Part shown: positions 10,538 to 20,478 of the stretch, one piece after another | How the letters are laid out: every line of letters starts with the position of its first letter | Numbering within the stretch: position 1 is the first letter of the stretch | From: an uncultured bacterium | GTDB lineage: Bacteria > JAJVIF01 > JAPKYR01 | Direction: 5' to 3' | NCBI GenBank assembly: GCA_965369865.1 | Contig: CBDURU010000018.1 | Span: 1 to 44,272, forward strand | DNA: 44,272 nt | The notes under the pieces: model-generated | What the model was told of the DNA's origin: nothing | The model's database searches: none | Seen by the model: the letters and a program-made list of their open reading frames with translations, nothing else | Position numbers and translations under genes: made by a program

Positions 10538-11590
10538 CTAATACTTAGGCTCCGAAAGAGCCGAGCTTCCTATCTTGCTTCGGGTAACCTCTTCACCCTT
10601 TTTCATTTCGCTTGTTATTATTCCCCCAATTATTTCCTTGTAGTCCGAAACTGATATCTCCCCTTCGGGACGTGAAAATTTCAAATCCTGAAGAGTTAAT
10701 TCCGTGCCGGCTTTCAAATCCCTCCCGGCATAGATCCCTTTACGTCCGGCTTTCCGATTTTTCAATTCCTCCGGACATGGTTTCTTTATTCCATCGCCAA
10801 GGCCAATAAAAACATTCTTACACGCCTCGATCAATTCCTTCATTTCGGACGGTTCAGCCGATAAAACATGATCCGGACCGTCAAGTTTTTTGTCCAGCGT
10901 AAAATGCTTTTCGATGAATGACGCACCCATTGCCACCGATGCCGGTGCGGCCCAGGTTCCCTCGGTATGGTCCGAAAATCCGATCGGTTCAGGAAATTCT
11001 TCACGAAGCGTAACGATCGATCGGAAATTTAATTCATCCGGCCTCGTTGGGTATCTCGACACGCAATGAAGCAGGGCGAATCGATCGCAGCCGGCATTCA
11101 GAATCACATCGCGGGCAGCCACGACCTCGTCGAGATCGCACATGCCCGTCGACATTATCACTGGAATTCCAAGTCCGCCAACGTGATTTAACAAGGGATG
11201 GTTGGTCATGTCGCCACTCGCGATTTTTATTGCCGGCACGCCGATTTCCATCAAAAAATCAGCTTCCTGAATCCCGAAAGGTGTGCTGATAAATGCGATC
11301 CCGATTTCCTCAGCCACTTTTTTAAGGTGAATGTGCGATTCCGGGTCAAGTTCGACCTTGGTGAAAAGCTCGAAATATTCAGGCTGTTTTACCGGATGGG
11401 CAAGGTCGGATGCTTTGAATGTCTGGAATTTAACCCCGTCGGCCCCGGACTCTTTCGCGGCATGTATTAATTTTTCAGCCAGATGGATATCTCCATTATG
11501 GTTGATGCCTATTTCAGCAAGCACGTAGGGGCTGGAATCGCGTCCAACCTCGATACCCGCGATTTCAAATTTATCTTTGCCCGATAGCAT
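10538..11590 (-). CDS. N-acetylneuraminate synthase family (NeuB/PseI/LegI/SpsE) with C-terminal SAF domain
   Basis: AEIGINHNGD, VKFQT, KIASGD, LLHCVSRYP, GFSDHT, IEKHFTLD, GPDH. Confidence 0.93.
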   Translation of the reverse strand: MLSGKDKFEIAGIEVGRDSSPYVLAEIGINHNGDIHLAEKLIHAAKESGADGVKFQTFKASDLAHPVKQPEYFELFTKVELDPESHIHLKKVAEEIGIAFISTPFGIQEADFLMEIGVPAIKIASGDMTNHPLLNHVGGLGIPVIMSTGMCDLDEVVAARDVILNAGCDRFALLHCVSRYPTRPDELNFRSIVTLREEFPEPIGFSDHTEGTWAAPASVAMGASFIEKHFTLDKKLDGPDHVLSAEPSEMKELIEACKNVFIGLGDGIKKPCPEELKNRKAGRKGIYAGRDLKAGTELTLQDLKFSRPEGEISVSDYKEIIGGIITSEMKKGEEVTRSKIGSSALSEPKY

Positions 11591-12353
11591 CTTTGCAATC
11601 CTTCAGGGATCCCCATCCATCTTGTGAGATTTCCGAATTCGTCTTAACAACCTCGGGATGTAATTCAAGCCAGGGTATGATCCTCTCGAGTGTCGCGTCC
11701 TTGCCGAGATTCAAAATGATCTGTTCGACAAGTTGTAGATCCTGTTCCGTATCGACCGTAAATCGCCAGTCCGGACGTTTCCACTTGTCGGGTGGAGTTA
11801 TCAATCTCATCCTGAAAAGGTCCGGATTTTCATAAAGGGCAAGCGTCGGATGTTCCCTGGTTCTCGTTGTAGTTGCCATTAGATCCGCCCGTTTCAACGC
11901 ATCCAGGGTTACGATCTCCGCGGTTGTCCCAAGCGGAGTGTCCTCCATCACGGCATAATCCCATTCACCGTCAAGGAAACCAAGCCACGTTTCTGTTACA
12001 ACACCCGGATCGATAAGCGGGTTGTCGCCTGTAATCCGGAAGACTATGCCGGCTCGAACTGATTCAGCCGCAAGGATTACCCTTGAAAGCACATTTTCCT
12101 CATCCCCCTTGAAAACTTTAACTCCCCATCTTTTTCCGATCTCCTCCAGGGGGTCTTCCTTTTTTCCGGACGGGATTGCCAGGACGACTTCATATCGCTG
12201 TGTACCGGACAACCTTTCCTGGAAATCCTTCACCCGTTCGATCACGTGCGACACCAGAGGTTGCCCCGCAAGGTCCAGCGTGACTTTTTTATCAAGCCTT
12301 GTCGAACCGAGCCTGGCGGTTATGACTGCTGCAATTTCCAAATTTTCGTCCAA
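11571..12353 (-). CDS. SpsF-like cytidylyltransferase
   Basis: ARLGSTRL..K, FKGDEENVLSR, RITGDNPLIDP, REHPT, RFTVDT..D; overlaps the neuB-like start. Confidence 0.88.
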   Translation of the reverse strand: MDENLEIAAVITARLGSTRLDKKVTLDLAGQPLVSHVIERVKDFQERLSGTQRYEVVLAIPSGKKEDPLEEIGKRWGVKVFKGDEENVLSRVILAAESVRAGIVFRITGDNPLIDPGVVTETWLGFLDGEWDYAVMEDTPLGTTAEIVTLDALKRADLMATTTRTREHPTLALYENPDLFRMRLITPPDKWKRPDWRFTVDTEQDLQLVEQIILNLGKDATLERIIPWLELHPEVVKTNSEISQDGWGSLKDCKDAIGQR

Positions 12354-12366
12354 CCCCTTTCGGGGT

Positions 12367-12711
12367 TCATCCTTCCTTGTCTATGTATTTCGGATCTTCC
12401 GATCCTGATTTTTTCAAATAGCCTTTCACGACCGTCGTTTCGCCCTGTATGGTTTGAATAGCCGTCTGGAGTTCGGCCATCAGGTTTCTCAGCTTGCTCT
12501 CAAGATCGGCGTCCAGGTTTACGAGTACATTTAACTTTTCCACGACCTTGCCCGACTTCACATCCGGGTGTTCCGGATCCATTGGCGCCATCGCATCCGT
12601 AAGTTCCTTCCGACGTTTCAGCAATGTCACAACACGATCTACATCCTTCTTTTCCAATGCCTCTTCAAGGGCATAACTGATTTCAAGCATCTGATCGAGT
12701 TCTTCAAGCAT
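12367..12711 (-). CDS. FliT/FlgN-like flagellar chaperone
   Basis: Small helical protein directly downstream of fliS, C-terminal GY...PKYIDKEG typical of this position. Confidence 0.6.
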   Translation of the reverse strand: MLEELDQMLEISYALEEALEKKDVDRVVTLLKRRKELTDAMAPMDPEHPDVKSGKVVEKLNVLVNLDADLESKLRNLMAELQTAIQTIQGETTVVKGYLKKSGSEDPKYIDKEG

Positions 12712-12719
12712 TTTAATCC

Positions 12720-13253
12720 TCAGCCGGTGATATTGAGTCGTGGCGAGGTATCCTCAACATCCGGTTTCTTTTCTGCGATTGCGGTGTCATATACTCCTGT
12801 TTTCCCAACCGTTTCAGGATCAGCAACTACCGAATCCTTATCCTGTGCACCGGGTTTGACATCCACGGCTTCACTCTTTGCTTTTTCAATTGTTTCCTTC
12901 CAGAGATCCCTGATATCCTCTGCAAGCCTGAGGCATGTATTTATTTTACCCTCGTCCTTATCTATATTAGCCTCGATCAGCAGATTGTAGAGATACTGGT
13001 AAACCAAAGCCAGGCTTTCAGCAAACTCCCCTGCATCAATGTCGAGATGCAGCGTCAGCTCCAGGTAAATATTCTGGGTTTTCAGGAGATTATTGTTCAC
13101 ATCATCGAAGTTGTCCTTCTCCAGTGCGAATTTCGCACGGCGTATAAAATTTACCGCGCCTTCGACCATCAGGATCAGAAGGCCCTCCGGACTCGCGGAT
13201 TCTACCATTTGTTCGAGATACTTGTCCCGAACGCTCAATTGTTCGTTAGACAT
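12720..13253 (-). CDS. fliS: Flagellin export chaperone FliS
   Basis: YLEQMVESASPEGLLILMVEGA, KTQNIYLEL...LD, LYNLLIEANI.KD, RDLW. Confidence 0.93.
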   Translation of the reverse strand: MSNEQLSVRDKYLEQMVESASPEGLLILMVEGAVNFIRRAKFALEKDNFDDVNNNLLKTQNIYLELTLHLDIDAGEFAESLALVYQYLYNLLIEANIDKDEGKINTCLRLAEDIRDLWKETIEKAKSEAVDVKPGAQDKDSVVADPETVGKTGVYDTAIAEKKPDVEDTSPRLNITG

Positions 13254-15250
13254 ATGTCCTCCACGTTAACGGTACCTGCATCGTCTCTGTCAGAGAGCTT
13301 TTTCAAGCCCATTACGAAGAACGGTAATACTCCCCTGCCCGTTCTGCCTGTTGACATAAACAGGTTGGTATACAGATCCAGGGCCTCGCGAAATGTGGTT
13401 CGCGAGAATTTCTTTCCGTTAACTGCCTTGAACGCCCGCCTGAAGTTCAAGACTCCCACCTGGTTCGCTGTCTCGATGAAATCCTTCATCGATTGCTCTT
13501 CCATCAGTTTAAACCTGTAATCATCCAGCTCCTTAAGAACTTCCTGGGACCATGCCGTGCTCAACTGATTAACATTCTCGAGAGTCCTCGCCGCTTCCAG
13601 TACCCGGTTCAATCCCTTTTCACAATAGTCTATACAAGTTTTTAAACTTTTTATCGTGTTGAAAATCCCAACCCGAAGGGGGTCGAGGTCATAACCACCG
13701 AACTCCTCCCCTTTCTGTTTGATTGTGCTCAAAGCATCAAATGGTTCCTTGAGGAATTCCTCCGCAGCCTCACCGAAAGTCATCTGCTCGCAATTGTCCT
13801 TGAGAATACCGCCTTCAGTCGCGTTTATTATACGAGCATCTGTTTTCGCGAATTCCGTACGGAACCACTCCTTGTACGCGAACATCTGGCGGTTTGTTTT
13901 AACTTCATTGCCGTAGATATCTGTCATGGCCATCGTTTGATGCTGTTTTTCATATGCCTTCACAGACATATCCTGCTTGTTCTCTTCTTCGAAATATGTG
14001 CCCTTAACATACGTCCGCCCGCCCGAGAATGAAAGGTCCTGCCCGACAAAAATTATCGGATCGCAACCCATTTTTCTCGCGAGGTCGAACGCCATTGTCG
14101 CAACCGACCCCCATGTCATTACATGCCCGACGTCCGGTATGAACTGCGCGATCCAGTTCATCACCTTGTCGTTATAACTGGCGATGAATAAACGGTCCTT
14201 GAAGTATTCCAGGCTCAGCGAATGGGTCATCGGCTCCGCCACCAGAATTGAGTTTACCGTATCGGTGCCGCGAAGGTGAAACCAGTTCGCCTCCTGGGGA
14301 TCGCCGGTACAGATCAGGTCGGGTTCAAATCCCGCTTTTTGAATCGGTCGGGTGGATGTGTCAACCGCGATTATGACAGCCTTATCTCTGTACGCCCTCA
14401 CCTGATCGATATTTTTCTCGAGCGACGGACCGGCTGAAACAATTATCGCAGGTTTTCCCTCCAACGCGTTGAAAAGCATCCTTACCGGGGGATGATCGAC
14501 CACGTTTCCAATACTTGCCATGGTATTTTTCTGGTAAGTCCATGCCATCAGCATGAGCGTTTGAAGGTTTCCACCGGTCGTGATCAGTACTCCTTTCAAC
14601 CGGGTCAGTAGATCCGTATAAAACTGCGATGATGGAAGCTTTGCCCGGCCGGTTAGCTCGATAAACCCGACCCCGTTGACTTCCGCAAGATTGTACCGGC
14701 TGAGGAAAAGCGCGAGTATGTTTTCAGTATCGGTTCCGATAGCGATATGGATTCTCGGATCGCTGAGGATCTTACGCATATCACGTGCTGCAAGGGCTAT
14801 TCGGAATGCTGAAATATGAGGCTCGATGACCAGGATCCTTGTCTCCTTTCCAACTTCGTCCGCCAGTTTTTCAACAAGGTAACCAAGCCCCAGCCCGAGA
14901 ATTACAAAATAATTCCTCCGTCCGTCATGTACCCCGCTGATCTTGTCGGATGCCTCACGGTCCGGGTCATACGTTGAGTGAATGGCCACCTCCGAGTCGC
15001 CACCAATACAATGCATGGTTTTCTGGCCGTTACGCGCATCCCGGACAACAAATCGCCATCCCGGGAAATTCGGGTCATCTCCATCGGGATCGACTGAATT
15101 AATTTTATCCGCAAGGAGTTTGTTGTACGATCTCAACGCATTGAGGTTATTAATCAAAAACCTGTCATCGGCGGGGGAGTCATTTACAGGATCGATTACT
15201 GGTAATTTGACAACATTTTCAACAGTATTATTGGTTTCCAGACGGGCCAT
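13235..15250 (-). CDS. Motility-associated factor (Maf, DUF115) flagellin glycosyltransferase
   Basis: HSTYDPDREA, GLGLGY, IVSAGPSLEKN, GSVATMAFDLA, IIFVGQDLS, INATEGG; AGGAG RBS before ATG 15250. Confidence 0.9.
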   Translation of the reverse strand: MARLETNNTVENVVKLPVIDPVNDSPADDRFLINNLNALRSYNKLLADKINSVDPDGDDPNFPGWRFVVRDARNGQKTMHCIGGDSEVAIHSTYDPDREASDKISGVHDGRRNYFVILGLGLGYLVEKLADEVGKETRILVIEPHISAFRIALAARDMRKILSDPRIHIAIGTDTENILALFLSRYNLAEVNGVGFIELTGRAKLPSSQFYTDLLTRLKGVLITTGGNLQTLMLMAWTYQKNTMASIGNVVDHPPVRMLFNALEGKPAIIVSAGPSLEKNIDQVRAYRDKAVIIAVDTSTRPIQKAGFEPDLICTGDPQEANWFHLRGTDTVNSILVAEPMTHSLSLEYFKDRLFIASYNDKVMNWIAQFIPDVGHVMTWGSVATMAFDLARKMGCDPIIFVGQDLSFSGGRTYVKGTYFEEENKQDMSVKAYEKQHQTMAMTDIYGNEVKTNRQMFAYKEWFRTEFAKTDARIINATEGGILKDNCEQMTFGEAAEEFLKEPFDALSTIKQKGEEFGGYDLDPLRVGIFNTIKSLKTCIDYCEKGLNRVLEAARTLENVNQLSTAWSQEVLKELDDYRFKLMEEQSMKDFIETANQVGVLNFRRAFKAVNGKKFSRTTFREALDLYTNLFMSTGRTGRGVLPFFVMGLKKLSDRDDAGTVNVEDICLTNN

Positions 15251-15431
15251 GCTTGACTCCTGATCAGCGTTTTCAGTTTCCTGTTTTACACGAAAAATCA
15301 AACAGGAATAGCGAGAGCCTTGTCGGGACTCAGCCGATAATTCCCATTGTTCCCATTTTCAGGACTCTTGGCCCTCCTCCAGTAACCCTGGTCGACTTTA
15401 TTCCGCGACCAGAGCCTGAAGAATTAAAGCT

Positions 15432-16079
15432 TTAACCCTCAACCTTCCCAGGATTTAAATTTTCAGGTTCGGGAAGGAGTTTCACCAGTTCAGGAATAAC
15501 CGCCATCCATTCGTAGAGTAACGGAGAAAGTTCATACTCAATTAAATCGGCAAAAAGCGTCCAGTTCTCATCCTTCGTCGCTTCAAGGACTTCATTGGCA
15601 TACCGGTTCAGTTTATTCAGTTTGTCGAGAAGATTTATCTCGTCGATTATCACCTTTGAGAAATCCATCTGGAAAGCAGTCCGGATACTATCCAGAATCT
15701 GGCTGAATGCAGCTATCACATCGAGTGCCTGACTCGCATCGTACAGGCCTTCCTGCAGGTTGCCGCCCCTTATCAATTTGGCGGAATTCTCAAAAATTTC
15801 CGAAAGCTTCGGCAGATAATCCTGCGCGTCGGACAGCGATTGATATGTAAGGGCCAGGCTGTTCGCGGTTTCCAGGGCGAGAGACGCAATATCATCCAGC
15901 CTGGAATTTCCAAAACCAATTTCCTGGCCCTCGTCCAGTTCTTCCTCGTTCAGGAATACGCGTGTTACTACGTCTGGGTATACAACCAGGTCCGACTCGA
16001 TTCGATCCATGAGTTCCTTGAAGGTGTCAATGCCTTCCGTTGTCAACTCGCGCGATTCTCCATTAACAATTATTTCCAT
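15432..16079 (-). CDS. Hypothetical protein of flagellar glycosylation loci
   Basis: N-terminal MEIIVNGE strand, helical body ending DLIEYELSP; co-oriented between fliD and maf. Confidence 0.65.
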   Translation of the reverse strand: MEIIVNGESRELTTEGIDTFKELMDRIESDLVVYPDVVTRVFLNEEELDEGQEIGFGNSRLDDIASLALETANSLALTYQSLSDAQDYLPKLSEIFENSAKLIRGGNLQEGLYDASQALDVIAAFSQILDSIRTAFQMDFSKVIIDEINLLDKLNKLNRYANEVLEATKDENWTLFADLIEYELSPLLYEWMAVIPELVKLLPEPENLNPGKVEG

Positions 16080-16159
16080 TTAAAAAATTCTCTGCCGATT
16101 ATTTTCCATATATTACACCATCAGGGTTCACGTTGCATACAGGTCGGCATGTTTTTATT

Positions 16160-19100
16160 TTATAAACTTGCAGAGATGCCGCCGCTGCTGGTTCCAGTCG
16201 TTAGCATGCTCATTTGCGCTGTCAGGAACTGTCGTGTTTGTTCGAACGATGCGAGCGCGATCTCCATCTGGGTGAACTCCCGTCTCAATCGAAGTTCATA
16301 AAGGGCCAGGCGGTATTCATAATCATCTATACGCCTGCCGATCCTGAGAAGATCCTGATCGATTAAACCCCCGGCCTTGATTTTACTTTTTATTATCCCT
16401 TCAGTTCCCGTATACCCGTCGAGAAAAGCATCCAGACGCCTGGCAAGACCAGCATTTTTAATTGCTTCTTCCCCAATTGTTGTCTGGGAAGCTATTCCGA
16501 GCTTGTTGGCGATATTCTCGCCCCCCCCAAGGTCCTGGATCGATATCCGGGCACGCCCTGTCTGGGTTTGGGTAGTAATTTCAAGGAACCCACCGTCGGT
16601 TTGCGACACCAGAATTTCCCCGCCAAGGCCCACCTGGGACAATGCGTTCGCGATATCGGTACGAATCGAACTCGACGTGTGGTAACCGACACCGAATTCA
16701 ACTACCGCGGATGTTACACCATTCCCGATACTGAACCTCATCGGCGCGGCGAGTGATATCCCATTCGAAATATCTATATTCCCGATCAGGGTGGCATACG
16801 ACCTCATGTCGTTGGAGAACAGGTTCAGAACTTCCTCGGTCTTGTCCTCCAGTGCCGCCTGTAGAGTCTGGTTGCTTTCAAGCTTGGCATATATCGTGTC
16901 GTAATCCACTGAATCAACTACCAGATAGGGTGTCCGGGCAAGTTCGATCCCATAGCCCACATTGCCGGTATCGATTCCAATATCCGAAAGCATCTTGATT
17001 GCGTCATCCGCCACACTTGTCACAGGTGTGATTAGATTGAATCTCAAAGAAGAATCCAGCCGTTGAATCGTCGACGATCGATTGAGTATATTCTGGATCG
17101 AGAAATCTTCCCTGGCCTCTTCGTACTCATCGATCTCGGAAAAAGTCAATTCCGATCTCTGGTTGTCGGTAAGGGGTATGAGAAATTCCCTTTCATCCTC
17201 ATCGAGCGGGCCGATACTCAACACTTCCTGGAGTTCATTATAGTTTTGTACAAATTCAGCGATAACCGCTAGGGTTTTCGATGTGTCTAGGGTTATATCC
17301 ACAGCGATCGGGTCGCTCGATACTCCCTTGATATTAAACGTGATATCGTTTAGGACATCGTCAACCTCATTGGTGTCGCGAATATAACTCTGGCCATCTA
17401 CTATGAATTCAGCCTTAACCCGGCTGGTCCCGATATTCTGAGGCTGCTGGTAACTTTCCGTATATCGCATGGACGACCAAAAGTTGGATGTATCCGTCGC
17501 GCTCCCGATCTGTATCTGGTCGAAGAAGGGTGGCTCCTCAAGGTCCTGGGTCAGAATAAGGCGGTCGGAATTGCTGTCGTACGACGCGATTACCCCCACA
17601 TGGGCGTCATTTATTCGCTGGATTATGTCATCAAGGCTGTCCGCAGCGGCGTTTACCGTTATTTTGACGCCGTTTATCGTGAATGTGCCGCTGACCACCG
17701 GGATCGTTGCTCCTGAGTAGGTCAATGAACTCGCCTGCCTCAAGTCATCTTTTTCGGTTCCGGAAAATTGCACCGCTCCACTGGCTCCCTGGAGACCGAG
17801 TACCTGGAAAAAGTTCGATGTATCACCCGCCGCACCGATTGAAATTGCGCTGGCTGTTCCCGCGTCGGGTCGATAGATCAGGAACCTGTCGAAAACCGGA
17901 TCGTACTTCATATTTACACCGGCTCCCGATGAATTCACGAGTCCCATGATCTCATCCAGTGTCTGGGAATCGGTGTTGTCAATGGTGATTTCAACCCCGT
18001 TTATTGTGAACGTTCCCGATATCAATGCGACATCAAGCCCGGAATCATCGATCAGTGTATAAATATTCAGCGCCGGCGTCGAGGTGTTGGCTGCATCGGA
18101 AACCCCGCTGATTCCCATGAGGTACTGCGATGTCGGCGGGCCGACAACAAGTTCACTTGACTGGTCTGTGTAAAGAAGTGCTACACCATCGTTGAATGCG
18201 CCGGCATAACCATCCAGCCTGACACTGGTAATCAGATCCGTAATTTCGGTGCCGTCGGTTCCCACGACCGTTCGCCTTTGTTCCGGCCCCCCGTTCGTCG
18301 GTGTAAATACCGTGGTAAATGTATAGTCGGTATCAACAGAGGTCGCAGAATCCACCGAACTCAATCCCGAATCCGATAATGTGCTGATGTCGGTATCCAG
18401 AGATAATGTGTCCGGGTCGAGCACATTTTCAAGAATTCCATTACCCCCGGTGTCATCCAGCAGCCTGAAATCTCTACCGCCCTCATTCGCGATTATCTGT
18501 AAGTTGTAGGCACCTGCGCCGTCATCGACCAGTTGCGCTGTAACACCCGGAGCCTGCGCGTTTATCGCATCGATCAGGCCCTGGACCGTACTCCTTGATG
18601 TGACTCCGAAAATCGTCACCGGGTCCACAACACCGGCGCCGTTATCGCGATCTATCGTAAAAAGGCTCGATTCGGTGACGCCAAGAGAACTTAAAATTGT
18701 ATCTGCGTCAAGGCTGACTGTTCCGGTCACAACACCGCCGCGACCCTCGCTTCCTGTCACGATATGCTTACCTGTGGCTGCAACCGTGAACCCTCCTGTC
18801 CTGATTGTCTGGCTGCGATCGTCGATACCCGGGTCCGTTATTACAAAAGTTCCCATACTCAGACTTGCCACGTCTCCCGGGTCGTCAAAATACATGGAAG
18901 TCAGGGTCTGACTGGTGCCCGATGACTGGTCGCGAAAAACAAGTTTGCCCTGTTCCAGCGTTACTACAGTTTCCCATGGGGGATTCGGGGCATCATTAAC
19001 GAGGCTGGTCAGCTCGGTAATCAAATCGTTAAGTGTAGTGGCGCCGGTAATTGCAAACGAGCTTGAGTAACTGTCCCCGTCATACTGTGTACCGCTGATT

Positions 19101-20032
19101 TCTATTGTCTCATCACCTGAAAGCGACCCTGAGAACTGGTCGAGATCGACGAGCAGGTCGGTACCAACGGCAATAGTTGCGCTCGAAGCCTTGGTGTAAG
19201 TCCGGGTTCCTATGATCGTTCGATACGTCGCTGTATTCCCGGCCGTTGTATTTCCGGTTGTAAAGGTGAGTGTGCTGCCGGAGTAATCGGTATCCTCGAA
19301 GGTGAGCGTATCAAGCGAAATAGTGTTGACCCCGGATGTATCCGTCTCAGTGATAAGAAAAGCACCGTTTCGGTCGATCGTAACCTGCGCTTCTCCCTCG
19401 AAGGCGGCCTGGATGGTTTGCCGTAACCGCTCAACTGTATCGGTCGCGTCATCCCCGAAGGTAAAATAAGCCGTATTGGTCGAGGTGTCCTTCAGTGTTA
19501 CATCAATTTTTATCCTGTCGCCCGATGTAATTCTCGCCGATCCCACCCCGGCCTGCTGAGTATCATGAATCAAGGTTCCCGACAACGCCCTCGTTCCGCC
19601 GAGGTTGTTTGACGTCATTGCAATTGTTGTGATCCCGGCAGTGTTGCCGTAAGCCATTTTAACGGATGCCCGTTCGAGAGACCTGTCATTGAGTCCGCTG
19701 ATTGCCTTCGCTCCCATGGCCACGGACTGGATAGTCACGGAATGAGAGGCTGGCTGCGCGTTAAATCCGGCTGTTACCCCAAGTATGCTGGAGTTCGAAG
19801 ATGAGGCGATTTTGGTGCGGAATGTAGATTCAAGACGAAGATTGAGGAGGGATGTTTTTAAGGAGAGGATCCTGGTGCTTGTCAGGCGGTATGCTTCTTT
19901 TTCAAAATCACGTCCTTCCGCCAGGAGCTCGAGCTGCCTGATTGGCGTTCTCCGTAATCCTACAAGAGCTTCAATAAGTGTGTCGGTCTGTAATCCTGAG
20001 AAAATGCCAGTAAAGGAAATATTGGTACCCAT
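16160..20032 (-). CDS. fliD: Flagellar filament cap protein FliD (greatly enlarged)
   Basis: N-term FTGIFSGLQTDTLIEAL; FliD_C (VDGQSYIRDTNEVDDV...FVQNYNEL; RLRREFTQMEIAL); several flagellin-IN-like repeats. Confidence 0.92.
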   Translation of the reverse strand: MGTNISFTGIFSGLQTDTLIEALVGLRRTPIRQLELLAEGRDFEKEAYRLTSTRILSLKTSLLNLRLESTFRTKIASSSNSSILGVTAGFNAQPASHSVTIQSVAMGAKAISGLNDRSLERASVKMAYGNTAGITTIAMTSNNLGGTRALSGTLIHDTQQAGVGSARITSGDRIKIDVTLKDTSTNTAYFTFGDDATDTVERLRQTIQAAFEGEAQVTIDRNGAFLITETDTSGVNTISLDTLTFEDTDYSGSTLTFTTGNTTAGNTATYRTIIGTRTYTKASSATIAVGTDLLVDLDQFSGSLSGDETIEISGTQYDGDSYSSSFAITGATTLNDLITELTSLVNDAPNPPWETVVTLEQGKLVFRDQSSGTSQTLTSMYFDDPGDVASLSMGTFVITDPGIDDRSQTIRTGGFTVAATGKHIVTGSEGRGGVVTGTVSLDADTILSSLGVTESSLFTIDRDNGAGVVDPVTIFGVTSRSTVQGLIDAINAQAPGVTAQLVDDGAGAYNLQIIANEGGRDFRLLDDTGGNGILENVLDPDTLSLDTDISTLSDSGLSSVDSATSVDTDYTFTTVFTPTNGGPEQRRTVVGTDGTEITDLITSVRLDGYAGAFNDGVALLYTDQSSELVVGPPTSQYLMGISGVSDAANTSTPALNIYTLIDDSGLDVALISGTFTINGVEITIDNTDSQTLDEIMGLVNSSGAGVNMKYDPVFDRFLIYRPDAGTASAISIGAAGDTSNFFQVLGLQGASGAVQFSGTEKDDLRQASSLTYSGATIPVVSGTFTINGVKITVNAAADSLDDIIQRINDAHVGVIASYDSNSDRLILTQDLEEPPFFDQIQIGSATDTSNFWSSMRYTESYQQPQNIGTSRVKAEFIVDGQSYIRDTNEVDDVLNDITFNIKGVSSDPIAVDITLDTSKTLAVIAEFVQNYNELQEVLSIGPLDEDEREFLIPLTDNQRSELTFSEIDEYEEAREDFSIQNILNRSSTIQRLDSSLRFNLITPVTSVADDAIKMLSDIGIDTGNVGYGIELARTPYLVVDSVDYDTIYAKLESNQTLQAALEDKTEEVLNLFSNDMRSYATLIGNIDISNGISLAAPMRFSIGNGVTSAVVEFGVGYHTSSSIRTDIANALSQVGLGGEILVSQTDGGFLEITTQTQTGRARISIQDLGGGENIANKLGIASQTTIGEEAIKNAGLARRLDAFLDGYTGTEGIIKSKIKAGGLIDQDLLRIGRRIDDYEYRLALYELRLRREFTQMEIALASFEQTRQFLTAQMSMLTTGTSSGGISASL

Positions 20033-20085
20033 CTACGCGTTCACCCTCCATGGTCCGGCTGAATTGGGTAAGCCTTATCTATAGT

Positions 20086-20112
20086 ATATCGGCCTTTCTT
20101 TGGAAAACTTAT
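20086..20112 (-). promoter_or_regulatory. Sigma28 (FliA) promoter of fliD operon
   Basis: ATAAGTTT-N11-GCCGATAT vs consensus TAAAGTTT-N11-GCCGATAA, ~55 nt upstream of ATG. Confidence 0.8.
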
Positions 20113-20177
20113 GAGTAATTTTATAAAAATCCCTATCTTTAATTGGAATATTTCCCTTGCATTTCCGATCGGTCCAG

Positions 20178-20430
20178 AGACCAATCCCATTAATTAAATA
20201 TTGATTCGTATCAGAGCCGCGAATGTCAATGAGCGGTCTGCCAGATACATGCAACGATAACAGTAGCCCGACCGTGAGGGGCTGTTGATAAAGTACTAAA
20301 TCCCGTAGCGCAGGACGCCGGCCTGCAGTACCGCGGACGGCCCGTCCGCATGGAGAGCGGTATCGGAAGTTTTGATCCCTTGTGATTTTTCAGTCTAATA
20401 ACTTTTTCAACAGCCCCGTGAGGGAGGGCT
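20178..20430 (+). repeat. REP/BIME-like composite repeat (related to 44149-44272 and 2458-2492) interrupted by a MITE
   Basis: GTATCAGAGCCGCG...AGCGGT...ATACATGCAACGATAACAG and GTAGCCCGACCGT(G/C)AGGGAGG shared with the window end. Confidence 0.85.
20278..20417. mobile_element. 140-bp MITE with 17-bp TIRs and 4-bp TSD (GTGA)
   Basis: Left GGGGCTGTTGATAAAGT (20278-20294), right ACTTTTTCAACAGCCCC (20401-20417), 16/17 match; GTGA at 20274-20277 and 20418-20421; excision restores the REP. Confidence 0.88.
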
Positions 20431-20478
20431 TTTCATCCCAATCGTATAGGGAAACAAGCAGGCAGGCGCCTGGTCGTT

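Noticed and set aside
15333..15340. Perfect sigma28 -10 box GCCGATAA
   Set aside because: On the + strand (antisense to maf) with no TAAA-like -35 at the right spacing
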